A DNA stretch of 63,892 nucleotides, filler included, from Octopus bimaculoides (lineage: Eukaryota), in NCBI RefSeq assembly GCF_001194135.2. It is 5 parts of 5 records of this genome, joined end to end, with 100 filler letters (N's around TTAATTAATTAA, not from the genome) between each part and the next. Parts side by side here need not be neighbours in the genome. Positions count along the whole stretch, not along the records: positions 1 to 29,986 come from NC_068983.1; 4 more parts are not named here. One strand, written 5' to 3'. A program made the position numbers and the translations under genes. The notes beneath the pieces were generated by a model that worked only from the letters and a program-made list of their open reading frames with translations, had not been told where the DNA came from and made no database searches. Of this stretch, positions 14,150 to 27,710 are shown in pieces. The stretch's first letter is position 1, and each line of letters begins with the position of its first letter.

Positions 14150-15290
14150 AAATATACCAGAAAGGAGCAGCAAAGAATTTATAATTGAATCGGATGAATT
14201 CACCCTAAGAAACAATCACTTCATGTTTGACAATACGTTTTCCGACAAAAATCTGGAATTGCCATGGGCACTAGGGCAACTCCAGTCATTGCGAACCTAA
14301 CAATAGGCTATCTAGAAATAATAATATACAAGGAATCTTTATCTACTTTTGGAAACCCCCTTGCCCAATACATAAAAGAAAATTGGAAAAGGTTTCTAGA
14401 CGACAGTTTCATATTCTGGAATGAAAACAGAGACAAACTCCTCAAATTCAAAAGAGTATTGAACTAAAAATAGAAACGAACATATTTTACAAAACCACAG
14501 ATATTTTACAAAACCACAGGATATTCACAATATTGTGAGAAAAAATACCAGACTTTAGACTGCAAGAATTCAAAAATACCCTAATTGACAGAGACTGCCC
14601 AGTTCAACTCATAAAGGAAGGTATCAGACGTGCAACACAAATTGGCATAGAAACCTTAAAAAAAGTTGAACACAGCAACACAGCTTCCCCGAAAATACTG
14701 CCGTACATATCCACATACAATCTCAGAAACAAAATAGCCTTCACCATCATCACCCAAAATTTACCAATGCTGCATAAGGACCCCAAACTAAAGGAAACTT
14801 TACACACACATAAGATCATTAAAAACCACAAACAACCGAAATCATTAAAAAAAAAACCTCACAAAGGCAAACTTATTTTCTAAAATAACGAACGCAAAAC
14901 TGAAAAAATGTGGTCGACCAGATTGCGCAACATGCCCAAACCCTCTAGAAGGATCAGAATTCCTTTTCAAAGAGGGACAAAAGTTCAAAATCAAATCTGA
15001 CTTTACTTGTGCTCCAGAAAACCTGATTAATGCTAGAGGCTCGGGCTGCCACCAAAACTACATAGGGTCCACGGATTATCGCTTAGACGCAGATGTACTT
15101 TGCACCAACAGCAGATTGCTTTCCCCGGATAGACAATGATACCCTTTAGGTAACATATTGAGAAATACGCGAAGCAATTGATACCACAATTTGTAATCTT
15201 TCCATTCTATCAATGTGCCATTTGAACACCAACACAAGTTAGAGTAAATAAGGAAGCCTAGTCATTCCCAACATTTTTGATTATCTCATT
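14150..15290 (+). mobile_element. Penelope-like retroelement (RT plus GIY-YIG), degenerate
   Basis: RT motifs NNHFMFDN, GIAMGTRATPVIANL, WKRFLDD; downstream FTCAPENLI...CHQNYIGST GIY-YIG-like segment; 19-bp internal duplication at about 14482-14520. Confidence 0.85.
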
Positions 15291-16348
15291 TATACCGAAA
15301 AAATCCTGATTACCTTCTCCTGTCTGAAACTCCATATTTCGCAACATAGCGAAGACATGACACAAGATAGGTAAAGAAATTTGAGAAATTTGAAAAGAAA
15401 ATACGAAACCGGTTATTTCTCCCAAACAATGTTACTATACACAAACTTTTCTAACATTTTTCTAACATGACGATTTAAATATATTCTTTAACCACATAAT
15501 ACGAGCCTTCTGAAGTTTCTTCACTCTATTTTGTCTTTATATATATATATATATATATATATGCATATATACTTACACACACACATATGGATGTCTACGT
15601 ACGTGTATGTTGTGTGTGTGTGTGTGTGTGTGTATGTGTGTGTGTGCATGTGTTTGGTAGTACTCATCGTTGTATCGTGCTGCAGGGTGAAAACATTGCT
15701 GACAGCATTGTTAAATACTGTTGCTTGCGATATTTAATATGAACAGTGCTATAAATACACCACTTATTCAATTTCTGTTAGGAATGCTGCTTTGAAATTA
15801 CTAGCCTCTACTGAGGTATGTAACCTAGAACCATGATGATAAGAAAGATAATAATTCTATACTTGAGTCAATTGAACAATCATATTATTATTAGTTTATA
15901 TTGTGTATTGATAATGAAGGAACGAGATAGAAGGTGCTTAATATATTTAAATCTGGCAGACAGTTGAATATAATGTTTCATAAATCTGAATCGGTATAGT
16001 CTAACGGATGTATGACAACTGCGAATGTGAGAATAACAGCACAGTGATGCATCTAAGAGGAATGTTTGGAACGTTTTTATTGGATAGGACATGTGTACAC
16101 ATTTTGCATAGCAGAATTAATGAATTCATTAGAGACTGAAGGAAAAGGATTTTCCAGGAAAAGGATTTTCGAGATCAGAATTGTTAGCGTAATATACTAT
16201 CGGCACAAACAACTTGAGGAAACAGCATACTCACAAGTCTCCCTTTGTAGTATATTAATATGCATTTGCCCACCAGAAATGGTCTGCAACATATGTGTGA
16301 AAAAAAAATTCCGATCATGGAACAGTGCTAGTATTGTCATTAATAAAA

Positions 16349-16553
16349 GGCGACAATCTGGCAGAACCGTCAGCACGCCGGATGACATGCTTAGCAGTAT
16401 TTCGTCCGTCCTCACGTTCTCAGTTCAGATGCTCTGAAGGTCAACTCTGCCTTTCATTCTTTAGGGGTCGATGAAATAAGTACCAGTCGACCACTGAGGT
16501 CGATGTAAGCGACTCTCCCGCTTCGCCGAAATTGCTGGCCTCGTTCAAAATGT
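16349..16553 (+). mobile_element. tRNA-derived SINE, family 1
   Basis: ctggcagaaccgtcagcacgccgg...ggggtcgatgaaataagtaccag body, shared with the other family 1 copies in the window. Confidence 0.85.
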
Positions 16554-17639
16554 TCAATCTCTGCATGGATTGTAGTGCTGGTGATTGCTAAAGTGAAAAA
16601 TAATTCATGACGTAATCGTTGTTGCTTAGTGCTTGATCGAGCAGACTCATGAACCATACGTAATCTCTCGGTAGAGTTGACTGGGAGGGTTTTGTTGCTA
16701 TTACTAGCATGTTAATGAATATTAATTCTCTGTACACTTCAAATACGACAATTTTTGTATCAATTCAATCGATTTCGTACCAAATGAATATATACTTATG
16801 ATCGTGTAACAAGAGAAGTGAGCTAATGCGTGAGTGATAAGCCATGAAAGAACGTTTCTGTGGTTGCTCAACCATGTCATAAAGCTAGCAACTCATAACT
16901 TAACGTTTACCAGGCAGTATCTACTTGAACATATAACACATCATTGCTTGAAAGAAAAATAATGACTATTGTTATAACGTTTATTATTTATCAGCCGCTT
17001 CCGACTTGACATGTATAAAAAAAAATGACAAAAGTAACTGCAATTAAAACGAAGAAATACATCTTGGAAATAGTTTAGTGGTAATTTTTAATAGATATAG
17101 AAAATGTGCCATTAGTTACGCTGACATAATTTGTACGACTTTTATGCATGAAGATGTCTTGGGACGGAATTCGTATTTTAAGATTTTGCATCTAGTTCCG
17201 GTAATTAACTTAAAAAATTTAGTGAATATCTGATTACATTTAACTGTCGTATGGAGAAAATATAATGACGTGAGGAAAACGTAAGCAATATAATCAATTG
17301 AAAAATTATGTGCTACTCAAGATCCATCATTCGATATTCACGACAGTTTAAAATGAATGTAGTTTAGTATGCCAGAGCAGTACTTTATTTCAGAGCAAGT
17401 ATTTATCTCTTGGGAAATGAATAGGTGATTGCTAATGGATAACGGCACTTCGTTAGTATTTATGTTCTAAGTTCAGATTCGGCCAAGGTCAACTATACCA
17501 TTCATCCTTTTTAGTGTTCATGACATAAAATAGCAGTTGAGTACAGGGGACGATGTAATCCACTAATATCCTCATTGAAAATAACAAGCCTTGTGTCTAT
17601 AGGAGAAAGTAGAAAAGCTCATTACTTGCTGAAATTGTG

Positions 17640-18217
17640 TTTGCTGTATATCTTTCCAAGCCCTTTCAAATAGAGAGTTGTTTTAAACCTATCAACTATC
17701 CAAGAAATCCAGTTCTTGTAGTTATGAAGGTGGAGGATATCGACTTCTTACTTGTTTTTTTTTTTTCTAAAATGCATCATAGATGTTCAAAAATATTGAG
17801 TTCTGGCGACTGTGGTGGCCAGATAAGATGTTCAACATCACTAGAATGTTCCTCGTGCCATTCAGTAACAACGTTAGCTGTGTGAATTGGTGCATTATCA
17901 TCCTGAATGATTGCGTTTCCATCCGGTAAAAGTTCCGCAAACATAGGATGAATTTGATCAGATAAAATGCTTAAATAGTCTTGACTAGTAATTCTGCCAT
18001 GTGGAGAAACAATTGGGCCAACTGATTTCCAAGATATAGCCCACCAGATCATCACAGATCCTCCTTCATGTTTAACATTTGGAAGAAGGCAGTCTGGGTC
18101 AAATGCTTTATTTGGCGGTCTCCACACGTATACTCGGCCGGTTTGTCAGAAATGAGATTAAGGATGACTTCTCCGAGAAAATAACATTATTCCACTGCTC
18201 TAGGGACCAATTCTGTA
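17640..18217 (-). mobile_element. Tc1-like (DD34E) transposase relic; continues into the gap
   Basis: QWNNVIFSEKS, VKHEGGSVMIW, IIQDDNAPIHTA and WPPQSPELNIFEHL are canonical Tc1 motifs. Confidence 0.92.
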
Positions 18218-19186
18218 GNNNNNNNNNNNNNNNNNNNNNNNNNNNNNNNNNNNNNNNNNNNNNNNNNNNNNNNNNNNNNNNNNNNNNNNNNNNNNNNNNN
18301 NNNNNNNNNNNNNNNNNNNNNNNNNNNNNNNNNNNNNNNNNNNNNNNNNNNNNNNNNNNNNNNNNNNNNNNNNNNNNNNNNNNNNNNNNNNNNNNNNNNN
18401 NNNNNNNNNNNNNNNNNNNNNNNNNNNNNNNNNNNNNNNNNNNNNNNNNNNNNNNNNNNNNNNNNNNNNNNNNNNNNNNNNNNNNNNNNNNNNNNNNNNN
18501 NNNNNNNNNNNNNNNNNNNNNNNNNNNNNNNNNNNNNNNNNNNNNNNNNNNNNNNNNNNNNNNNNNNNNNNNNNNNNNNNNNNNNNNNNNNNNNNNNNNN
18601 NNNNNNNNNNNNNNNNNNNNNNNNNNNNNNNNNNNNNNNNNNNNNNNNNNNNNNNNNNNNNNNNNNNNNNNNNNNNNNNNNNNNNNNNNNNNNNNNNNNN
18701 NNNNNNNNNNNNNNNNNNNNNNNNNNNNNNNNNNNNNNNNNNNNNNNNNNNNNNNNNNNNNNNNNNNNNNNNNNNNNNNNNNNNNNNNNNNNNNNNNNNN
18801 NNNNNNNNNNNNNNNNNNNNNNNNNNNNNNNNNNNNNNNNNNNNNNNNNNNNNNNNNNNNNNNNNNNNNNNNNNNNNNNNNNNNNNNNNNNNNNNNNNNN
18901 NNNNNNNNNNNNNNNNNNNNNNNNNNNNNNNNNNNNNNNNNNNNNNNNNNNNNNNNNNNNNNNNNNNNNNNNNNNNNNNNNNNNNNNNNNNNNNNNNNNN
19001 NNNNNNNNNNNNNNNNNNNNNNNNNNNNNNNNNNNNNNNNNNNNNNNNNNNNNNNNNNNNNNNNNNNNNNNNNNNNNNNNNNNNNNNNNNNNNNNNNNNN
19101 NNNNNNNNNNNNNNNNNNNNNNNNNNNNNNNNNNNNNNNNNNNNNNNNNNNNNNNNNNNNNNNNNNNNNNNNNNNNNNNNACATAC

Positions 19187-19221
<35 letters not shown>

Positions 19222-19714
19222 ATTGATTATCTCATGTTTCAAAATATATATGTTGGTGACAGGATACAAAACAATTTTGGGTGCACTCCATTACACCACT
19301 TACAATAAATAATACTTTCTCCCTTGCTGTCATATTGTGATGGATAATGACTTAATTGCTAACTTCCTGCTTTTCATCTTTTGATGATAGCTTGCAGTAA
19401 ATTTTAGCAGCAATTACGAGGGATGAGTGTTTTTGTAACATCATCTTCTTTATCAGGGTAAAGTAGGCGCATAACATGTCAGAGCATTGACATTTTCAGC
19501 CAAATAAAAAAGAGAAACATTTACTTCTCTCATGCATTTCATAGGTGAATTGTGTTGATTCTATGCAAATTCAAATGTTACATCTTTTTAAAGTAATTTT
19601 AAGGAGCAATTAACTAAGCATGTATTGTATATTGATGAGTATCAGTAGCGATCATATTATAAAGTTAATCTTTGTTATTTAGTTTTCGATATATTTTCTT
19701 TATCTTCGTCGTAC

Positions 19715-19774
19715 CTGTGCCACAGAACCACAACCAACAGTAAATATAAATAAACCATTACCCATGTTTCGATC
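19715..19774 (-). CDS. Candidate exon D of the minus-strand gene model (DRNMGNGLFIFTVGCGSVAQ, phase 0/0); alternatively a first exon MVYLYLLLVVVLWH (19758-19715)
   Basis: Donor CAG|gtacga, weak acceptor (caattaag); two frames are open. Confidence 0.3.
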
Positions 19775-20849
19775 CTTAATTGTTTAGTCATTCCTATGTT
19801 GGTCTGTATCCATGGATTTCAGATAATTTAAAAATCGTAACGTTTGGTAGCTAGTATTTCAGCTTTTATTGATTTAGTTAAAGCACCAAAGTCCCTGAGT
19901 GTGTAGGTACCTTTATGTCGTAAATTGTTTTCACACCAATTCAGCTGTCATTCATTCACTATTATGGTCAATTTATTTCAGTAATACAGAGTAATGCTAA
20001 ATTTGGTATCGATTAAATACGGTAACATACAAAATTGATTGATGAATTCTAAGAATAAATCATATTACATCAAACAGCGGAAGTGAGCTACAAATATAGC
20101 TTAGGAGTATGGATGTATTTAAAGCCAGGTTCACACCCATATTTAAAGCTGAGTTTAAAATTTAATTTCTAACGAACTCCAATGATGTATGGAGTGAAAA
20201 GAGTGCGCATTCAATGACGTAAAGTCAATGCTTTGCATAGGGTTTACATCAAAGGCTCAACTTAGAATTATAGAGATGTATAGAATACGCAAGGTTAGGT
20301 TCTGCTCCAATACCTAGAGTATGTCAGCTTATTGTTGTTTCCGACATATGATATGATAACCATGTCTGATCGAGACATTGATTCTTGACGTACTCAATAA
20401 CACAACATCTGTAAATCTTGTGATTTGATCCTGTTGTTATCCAAGATCCAGAGACACACTTGCAGCAAATGTAACCATTTTGCGAGAAAATATATTGATA
20501 TGCTATTAAAAGTAGCTCAGTTCATTATTACAGAGTGATCTCTCTAAGCACTCTGAGATGGCCTATAGTGCCCAGAGACACTGAAGAATTGAACACCTAA
20601 ATTTCGATAGCTTTTGGGTGTTTAAGAGATCCAAGAGAATAAAATTATGGTCTCACAAAATGAAACACGCTAAAAGCATGTTAGTGATTTTAGAACTTTG
20701 ATCGCATCCACTTCAGTATTTGATGACTAATTATTTTCCGAAAGAAGCGGTATTTGAATTTAGAAAATAATTTAAATAATTGCTCAGATATCAGATTGCT
20801 AAAGGTTTAATTAGTAGTGCATGGCATTTTAAGAGGTGTTTATGTTAAG

Positions 20850-21615
20850 GTTGATCACAATGGTTCGGGAGGCGGTGTATAGGCGTGCATTTCTATGCTA
20901 CAAAATGTTCTTCGACAACAGGCTTCGGCGTTTGGTGCGAATTGCTGGCTTTAGTTTGTTGGCCAGCAAAGCATTGTATCTTGTACTGTTGATCGTACAC
21001 CATTTTTCCGGGTAGCTTCCAATATAGGCCTCTATGAGTGCCAAAAAATGTTAGATTGACTTTTCCCGCGGAAGGCTGGGTCTTGAATGTATTGATCCCT
21101 GGCGACCCAGGATGTTTCCATTCCATACTCTGTCTTTTGGATTCTGGCTCGTTTCATTTGTGACTATTCTGTTCAAATTTTCAAAACCCTCATTGTTGCA
21201 GCGATTGAATAAAAGTTGGTAAACCTCAAGACGTTTGCGCTCGTGCTCTGCAACCAGCAAGCTCTCTTGACATTCATCTTGCACTGGCTTAATGGAAGCC
21301 GAACTCATCGTGGATGATTTGATAGGTAGACCTATGCACTGTCCCCGGGATATGCTAAAAACCTCCGATGAATTTCAACACCTGACACAACTTCTGACCA
21401 GAGAAATCGGATCATAGCCCTTTATTCTTCTTTGGTGCACACTGCTAGTGGAGCGGCTATGTTTACACTGTAAAGCCAGAAATACAAAATGGTACGATCA
21501 GGCTGAAACATCGATCACGTGACCACAATAGTACGAACAGTTAGGTGAAGGCAGTGTGACAATAATAAAGATATATTATGGCGAAAGTGCGAATAACTTT
21601 AGACTTTCTCTCGTA
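20850..21615 (-). mobile_element. Mariner transposon (second subfamily), degenerate
   Basis: NRIVTNET, MEWKHPGSP..FKTQPSAGKV, and the HRNARLY remnant of HDNARPH; terminus tacgagagaaagtctaaagttat at 21615. Confidence 0.88.
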
Positions 21616-21872
21616 GAGAAATGGTACTCTTACATATTGTAGTTTATATGAACTATAGTGAGATAATATGATGAATATGGTTGGAGCCCATTGGCTCAAA
21701 ATTCTCCTTGATCATTCTTGATCCAATGCTGCAGAATAAAGAAATCAATGAGCGAATATTTTATTGCACAGCGATATCAGATATAAAATAAGAACCAACA
21801 TATTCAATTCTGACAGGTTTTCAACCTGTCTTCTCGATTTTACTTGGTAATAAACAACGCAAATATCTTTAC

Positions 21873-21983
21873 GTAGTTGCACGATTTGTTAGGACGAGTA
21901 AGCTGCGTATCATGTAACACTCCTCCGATGATATAGTCACCGATATTCCAAGATAATATATACTTATAAATTAACTGGATGGT
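21873..21983 (-). CDS. Candidate exon C ((TIQLIYK)YILSWNIGDYIIGGVLHDTQLTRPNKSCNY, phase 0/0)
   Basis: Three possible AG acceptors (exon starts 21983, 21974, 21962), all in the same open frame; donor TAC|gtaaag. Confidence 0.35.
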
Positions 21984-23483
21984 CTTTAATCAAAGACGAG
22001 GTGAGATGAAAGCATTCAGTATGAGGTTCCAACATTTCAACAAGGTTGGTCTCTATTGCTTTAATTACTTCATATTTAAGGCTAATTAGCCTATTACATT
22101 AAGACTTATCAGCAATATTAGGGAGATTATGTCACTGAGTAAAAACGTGTTATAAGTTTAGAAAGGTTAATAGATTGTTCAAATGTGCTCGCTCCCATAT
22201 TCCAGTGTATGTGTGCTTTTCACCTTCGAAGAACATCAGAAATTTTATAAGAAAACAATATAAGGTTTAGTAAAGTTTTTTGTGCCGTCAGAACAACGAC
22301 TGTGGAAAGAAGTAAAAATTCGCATTCAGCCGGTAATCGAAACCGTGATCTAGTTTCTCCTACAATGAATGATACCTGTTCTATTGTAGAGCTTGTCACG
22401 CGTCACAAATGTTATTACCAGAAACATTTACAGCTGCTATTTGTGGTACGAAATATCGATGTTGCATGCTACAATGTTATTGCAAACCAAATAATATGAG
22501 ACATATTTTAGCATGACCTAATGAACGCAGATTATCGATTTTAGCACCAGAATATTTTGTCTTTTATACATTGTTATATTTCTGTCTTCTATTTAGGTAT
22601 TTTTTTTTTACTATTTTAGTATTGTTGGCCTACCGTCGATATTAATATTTAGTTCTAAAATATAATTAGATGGACAAATGAGTAAATACAGCAGTATAAA
22701 ATCATAGAAAAATCAATAAATGTAACACCTAAATGAAAACCAAAATTGCAAGGTTGAAATATGAAACTTTATGAGAATACTTCCAGGAAATTAATGCAGA
22801 ACTTCAAAGGAAATGACATTATAAAAAAAAGGCTTTGGATAAAGCGTAAGGGTTTATAAACAATGAGTATATTATGGAATAGAGCAACAGACGTTCACGT
22901 GCTAATAGAAGAGGTAAGCTACTATGAAAGTGATATGAAACATCATTCTCTGTTTGAAAAAAATCTTTTCACTTTATATTCTAAGGTATAAATATCACAA
23001 ATTCACATGAATTACATGTTGTAGTGATTTGGTGTTTAAACTACCAAGTTATTATATGGTAAAATACCCGTTTTAGCGAGAAGAGGGAAATAGAGTCGAT
23101 TGTATATTTTGGAATTGTATATATTATATCAAACGCGGAAAGATGAAAGACTAACATAGTGGAATTGGAACTCAGAACGTAAAGGTGCGTAATGAAACGC
23201 AAAGATGCAATTTTACCGGCGTTTTATAGGTTCTACAAACCACTTCTCTTCTTTGCAGTTTCAGTAATAAAATTAAATATTTATTTATACAACACTACAT
23301 TGTGATGAATTCAATCAATTTGTTTGCATTTCATGGACTAAATCATCTATTATTCAACGTATGATCAGTCCGGTTAAACTAAAAACGGGTAAGTTCACTG
23401 GTACTATTGCTCTTGTCTATGGTCAGAATAAAAGAAAAAAATGCAGTATGATCTGGTGTTATATTTCAAAAGGATATACACAC

Positions 23484-23514
<31 letters not shown>

Positions 23515-24460
23515 TGTATGCATGTATGTATGTATGTATGTATGCATGCATGCATGCATGCATGTGTGTATGTATGTACGTATGTATGTATGCATGTATG
23601 TATGTACTCTTGTATGTATAAAGACATAATTAAGAAACACTTTAAATCAGATATCTTGTTTATTAGTTTGCAATAATATGAAAAAATCATTAAGTAATTC
23701 AAATTGGATTTAAGTATGAATCTGAAACCAATAGATATACCACAGTTGGAAATCTAACCGACAATTCATCCTCTTGTATTTTCATTAGAACAGTCATATA
23801 TGTTGAAAAAATATATCAATAATTCATAAATATTTTTGGTTTGGAACATACTTTACGACTAAATATACTTATCAGATATTCAGATCTAAGTATATAAAAC
23901 ATGGAAATATTGCTCAAACTACAGATTGAACTTTTAGAATCATTGGGAAATCATGTGACGTGTGTTAAAGAGCGATACACTTTATGTGTCATTGAGTCGT
24001 TCATCAATTCGCAATTCAAAACTGCAAATCATATTCCGTTCTAAGAAACTTTGTATGGATTTCATAATCTCTTATCTAACAAAATACCTTTTTTTTTAAT
24101 TGCTATTTGACTCTGATTTTAATTTCATGTATGCTGTTGGTTGTTTCCCAAATGTTATTTGAACATTAGAACAAACTGAATATTTTATCTTTATAAAGTA
24201 TTTTAAAAAGTATATCAATGTAGTACGCTGGTAGATTTAATATTCAGAAAGGTAATATGAGTTGATAATCTGATGTTAAAAAGAAATAAAATAGTGTCGA
24301 AATTGGAAAATTGTTAAAAATATGTAAAATAATAATAATGAAATTTGGTAAAAACAGAAAAACGTGAGAAATGTACTCGTTCATCTGATCCCATGTGGAA
24401 GGGAGAAAAAAAAAACAGGCCGTAATATGTTTACGCTATGATGTTCTTTACAATACTTAC

Positions 24461-24509
24461 TTCCACGGCCAGTTTGGGACGCAACATGGGACATACATTA
24501 TGTTCATGC
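24461..24509 (-). CDS. Candidate exon B (49 nt, HEHNVCPMLRPKLAVE, phase 2/0)
   Basis: Strong sites: catcgattttcag| and GAA|gtaagt; phases match exons A and C. Confidence 0.45.
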
Positions 24510-25318
24510 CTGAAAATCGATGATGACTGTCGTGACAAGAAACTAAGTTCATAATTACAGATACAATATTTTGATTTATTAGATGGGTCTTTACTTACAT
24601 AAATTCATTCAAACAACTCTAGAATTTTTCAGATAAATTTAAAATTTAAAAACATTGTTCGTCAGTTAGTATCAAAAATAATTCAACATTAAAAAAAAAA
24701 TCTATTATAATAACATGCGCCGTTAACCTTGTATGTTACGATATATGAAAACATGTAAGGTATTCTAAGTAATAAATTCTTCAAAGAAAGGACGAACAAT
24801 GAAATATTAAGTAATTGAATTCAATGGCACTGTTTCAAAACAGGGAATGGCAATAATTAAAATCATGATTTTCTTGCAAGCAGAAAAACAATCATTACAT
24901 GTTACTAGATTAATGCTTTGATTTACAACGTTCCCCAGTAGACATGGATGTGTGTGTGTATACATATGTATGTGTGTGTGTGTTTATATATATCTATATG
25001 TGTATATATGTGTGTGTGTGTGTGAGTGTGTGTGTATGTGTGTACGGCCCTTTGTTTGGGGATATGTATGTACATACGTATGTATATGCATGTTTGTATA
25101 TATGAGATAGATATGTTGATTATATATATATATANNNNNNNNNNNNNNNNNNNNNNNNNNNNNNNNNNNNNNNNNNNNNNNNNNNNNNNNNNNNNNNNNN
25201 NNNNNNNNNNNNNNNNNNNNNNNNNNNNNNNNNNNNNNNNNNNNNNNNNNNNNNNNNNNNNNNNNNCGCTCTTCCGATCTATAGATAGATAGATAGATAG
25301 ATATATAGATAGATAGAC

Positions 25319-25355
<37 letters not shown>

Positions 25356-26935
25356 CAGTTGGATTCTACATAATTTCTCTCTACAAAATTCCTTTATAAG
25401 GCATTGGTATGCCTAGGATTATAGTACAAAGTTATTTGCCCAATGTACCACGCAGTGAGACTGAACCAGAAACCACGTGGTTTGACACACGTGCATTCTT
25501 AGCCACACAGTTATATATTTCAGTACGCTCTTATCCGCTCTCATGCAGCTAATACCTATATATTACTAGACATTGGTGTGTTCATGTGTGTTAGCGAATG
25601 TACAGGACTGAGTGAAAAAGCGTGTCTATGTATTTGTAAGTGCGAAAGGAAGTTGAGAAAAGCTCCATGGAAATAGCGCGGAAGATGAAAGAGAAAACAA
25701 TTCTCAAATTGCAGATCACTGAGTGCGTTTCTTAGGCAACCGTATTGCACTTCATTGAAAGAAGAGAAATAATGTTTTTGAAAAACCATAGAGCTCTTGC
25801 CTTAGATCTGATGAAGTCTGTCTACATATACATTTAACTAAATGAAGCTGCAGGAAGAATGTACAAGATATACGCTCTTTCCAGTGACCAATTACATTGT
25901 GTTCTGGCATTCACAGAATTTTAGCTATATTATCTTCTACCATGATATACTATTACTAATGATTCTATGTCGCTGAATAAATAAATTAATATTCTGTAAA
26001 AACAAGATTACTTTTATTTTTCATTATGCTGCTACATTCTTTAATACTGCTCTAATATCCTCCTGTCTAGGTTGCTGCTGAATTTCTCATTGTCAGTTAG
26101 ACGATATCAAATGATATGTGTGTGTGTGTTTATGTGTGTGTGTACGTATGTGCGTACGTGTCGGTGTGTGTCTGTGTATATTAAATTCCTTAATGTAAAC
26201 GTTAGATGTATGCAAATAAAGTTCCTATTTCATTATGCCGGCTATCGTCTAATGATACTGACGGGTAAGTCAGTTTTTCTGGGTTGCATCATGGTTATAT
26301 CGATATAATGTAGAAGAAATATAATAATAATAATAATTATTATTATTATTGGATGGAATTTATAAACACTTAATACATCGCTACGCGCTTTTCTACAAAT
26401 CGTATCATTTCACATTAGAGTCATTATCCTTGGGATTAATGCAGTATAGTCCGTATTATTCTTGGGCATCCAGTTGATCATCATCATCGATACATTTCAT
26501 CAGGAAGATACTGCTTTATTGGATGAATCACAGAGTGATGTTTATCTCCACAGCTTGTGTATTGATTCCACTGACCAGTAGACATTAAACAACTCCTTAA
26601 TAGATAAACCTAGAATAATTGCGCCGCACCCTTCTCTCTTGTTAGAAGTAAAGATAAGTGGGTCACTGAAGTCAATTATTCCTTACCGTTCCTAAAAAAT
26701 CTACTAACCTCTAAATTTCTCTGTTCTTATCAAATATACACTATTCTGGTAAATCCATTCTGTCAACTGTAATAATAGCAGAATCACTGTTCATGTTTCC
26801 GCTCCATGGATTTTAAACTATGTTAAATCATTTCGAATGCCCTTTATTTATTGCTGAAAAGTGTCTGGATTTGGGTAAAAGAAAATACAGGAGAATCAGT
26901 TATTTATGATTCTATTCATCATATTCCCATCGCAG

Positions 26936-27076
26936 ATACACAAACATATTACAGCGGTCCTCCAGCTTTTCTAAGCCCTCGAAAGTTTGGGTCTCCAACC
27001 AGGCCTTTCGTGATACTCTTAAAGCCGGTAGCTTTTTAGCACCGGCAGGAATCACGGTGTCTGAGAATATGCAGAT
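26936..27076 (+). other. Exon-like 141-nt segment (YTNILQRSSSFSKPSKVWVSNQAFRDTLKAGSFLAPAGITVSENMQ, phase 2/2)
   Basis: Acceptor attcccatcgcag| and donor GAT|gtaagt with an open frame; the opposite strand is also open, so the assignment is ambiguous. Confidence 0.3.
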
Positions 27077-27534
27077 GTAAGTTCTAAACCGAGTAGCCGA
27101 GTTGTGGGGCACAAATAGGATTTATTATAAGATGATTAGGGAAGAGGGCCGAATGACAGGAAACGCGGAAGAGATATATTTAGTGAGATCACAAAAATCA
27201 TATCATATGCTGAAGCAAGCCTAACCAAAAAATGTACACTGTGTTTTATCGTGTTCCATGTAGTGGTTACTTTTAAACATACGAAGAGTGTTAAACGTTC
27301 CAGGTGTTGGGACGATTTAATGCGAGCTACTTTATTATTTCTAACTGCTGTATCAATGAGTTATCCTTTTATAACTCCTCATATCTTCTGGATTGGAAAT
27401 TGCTTGATTACGGTTAAATTTATAGCTACAATGTTATACCGCGTTATTTTAAGCAATTGCTTTATGTACATTTTTGAAAATTTCTTGCATGTATCCCCGT
27501 TATTTTATGTTACATTCTCTTTCCATTCTCTTAC

Positions 27535-27710
27535 GTTTTCACTGACGTTTTCTTCAACCCATCTTGTGTAGCTTCATCTCGCATGTGACCGAATATAACT
27601 GAATGTATTATCTCGAACAATATAGAATTGTTTGGCAGGATCACGAGTACACTAGGTAACACCACAATCCACACAACCAACACCGCTCTCGCTACCACAG
27701 ACACAAACAT
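27535..27710 (-). CDS. Candidate first coding exon A with a hydrophobic N-terminus (MFVSVVARAVLVVWIVVLPSVLVIL...KKTSVK, phase 2)
   Basis: Strong acceptor ttttctttcgtgtag| (exon start 27763), in-frame upstream stop, ATG at 27710, donor AAC|gtaaga. Confidence 0.4.

Noticed and set aside
21873-21962. GDYIIGGVL resembling class C GPCR N-termini (GDxIIGGLF), and KVWVSNQAF at 26.98 kb resembling KVWIASEAW
   Set aside because: The two motifs are on opposite strands and flanking residues do not support the family; the matches are too short.
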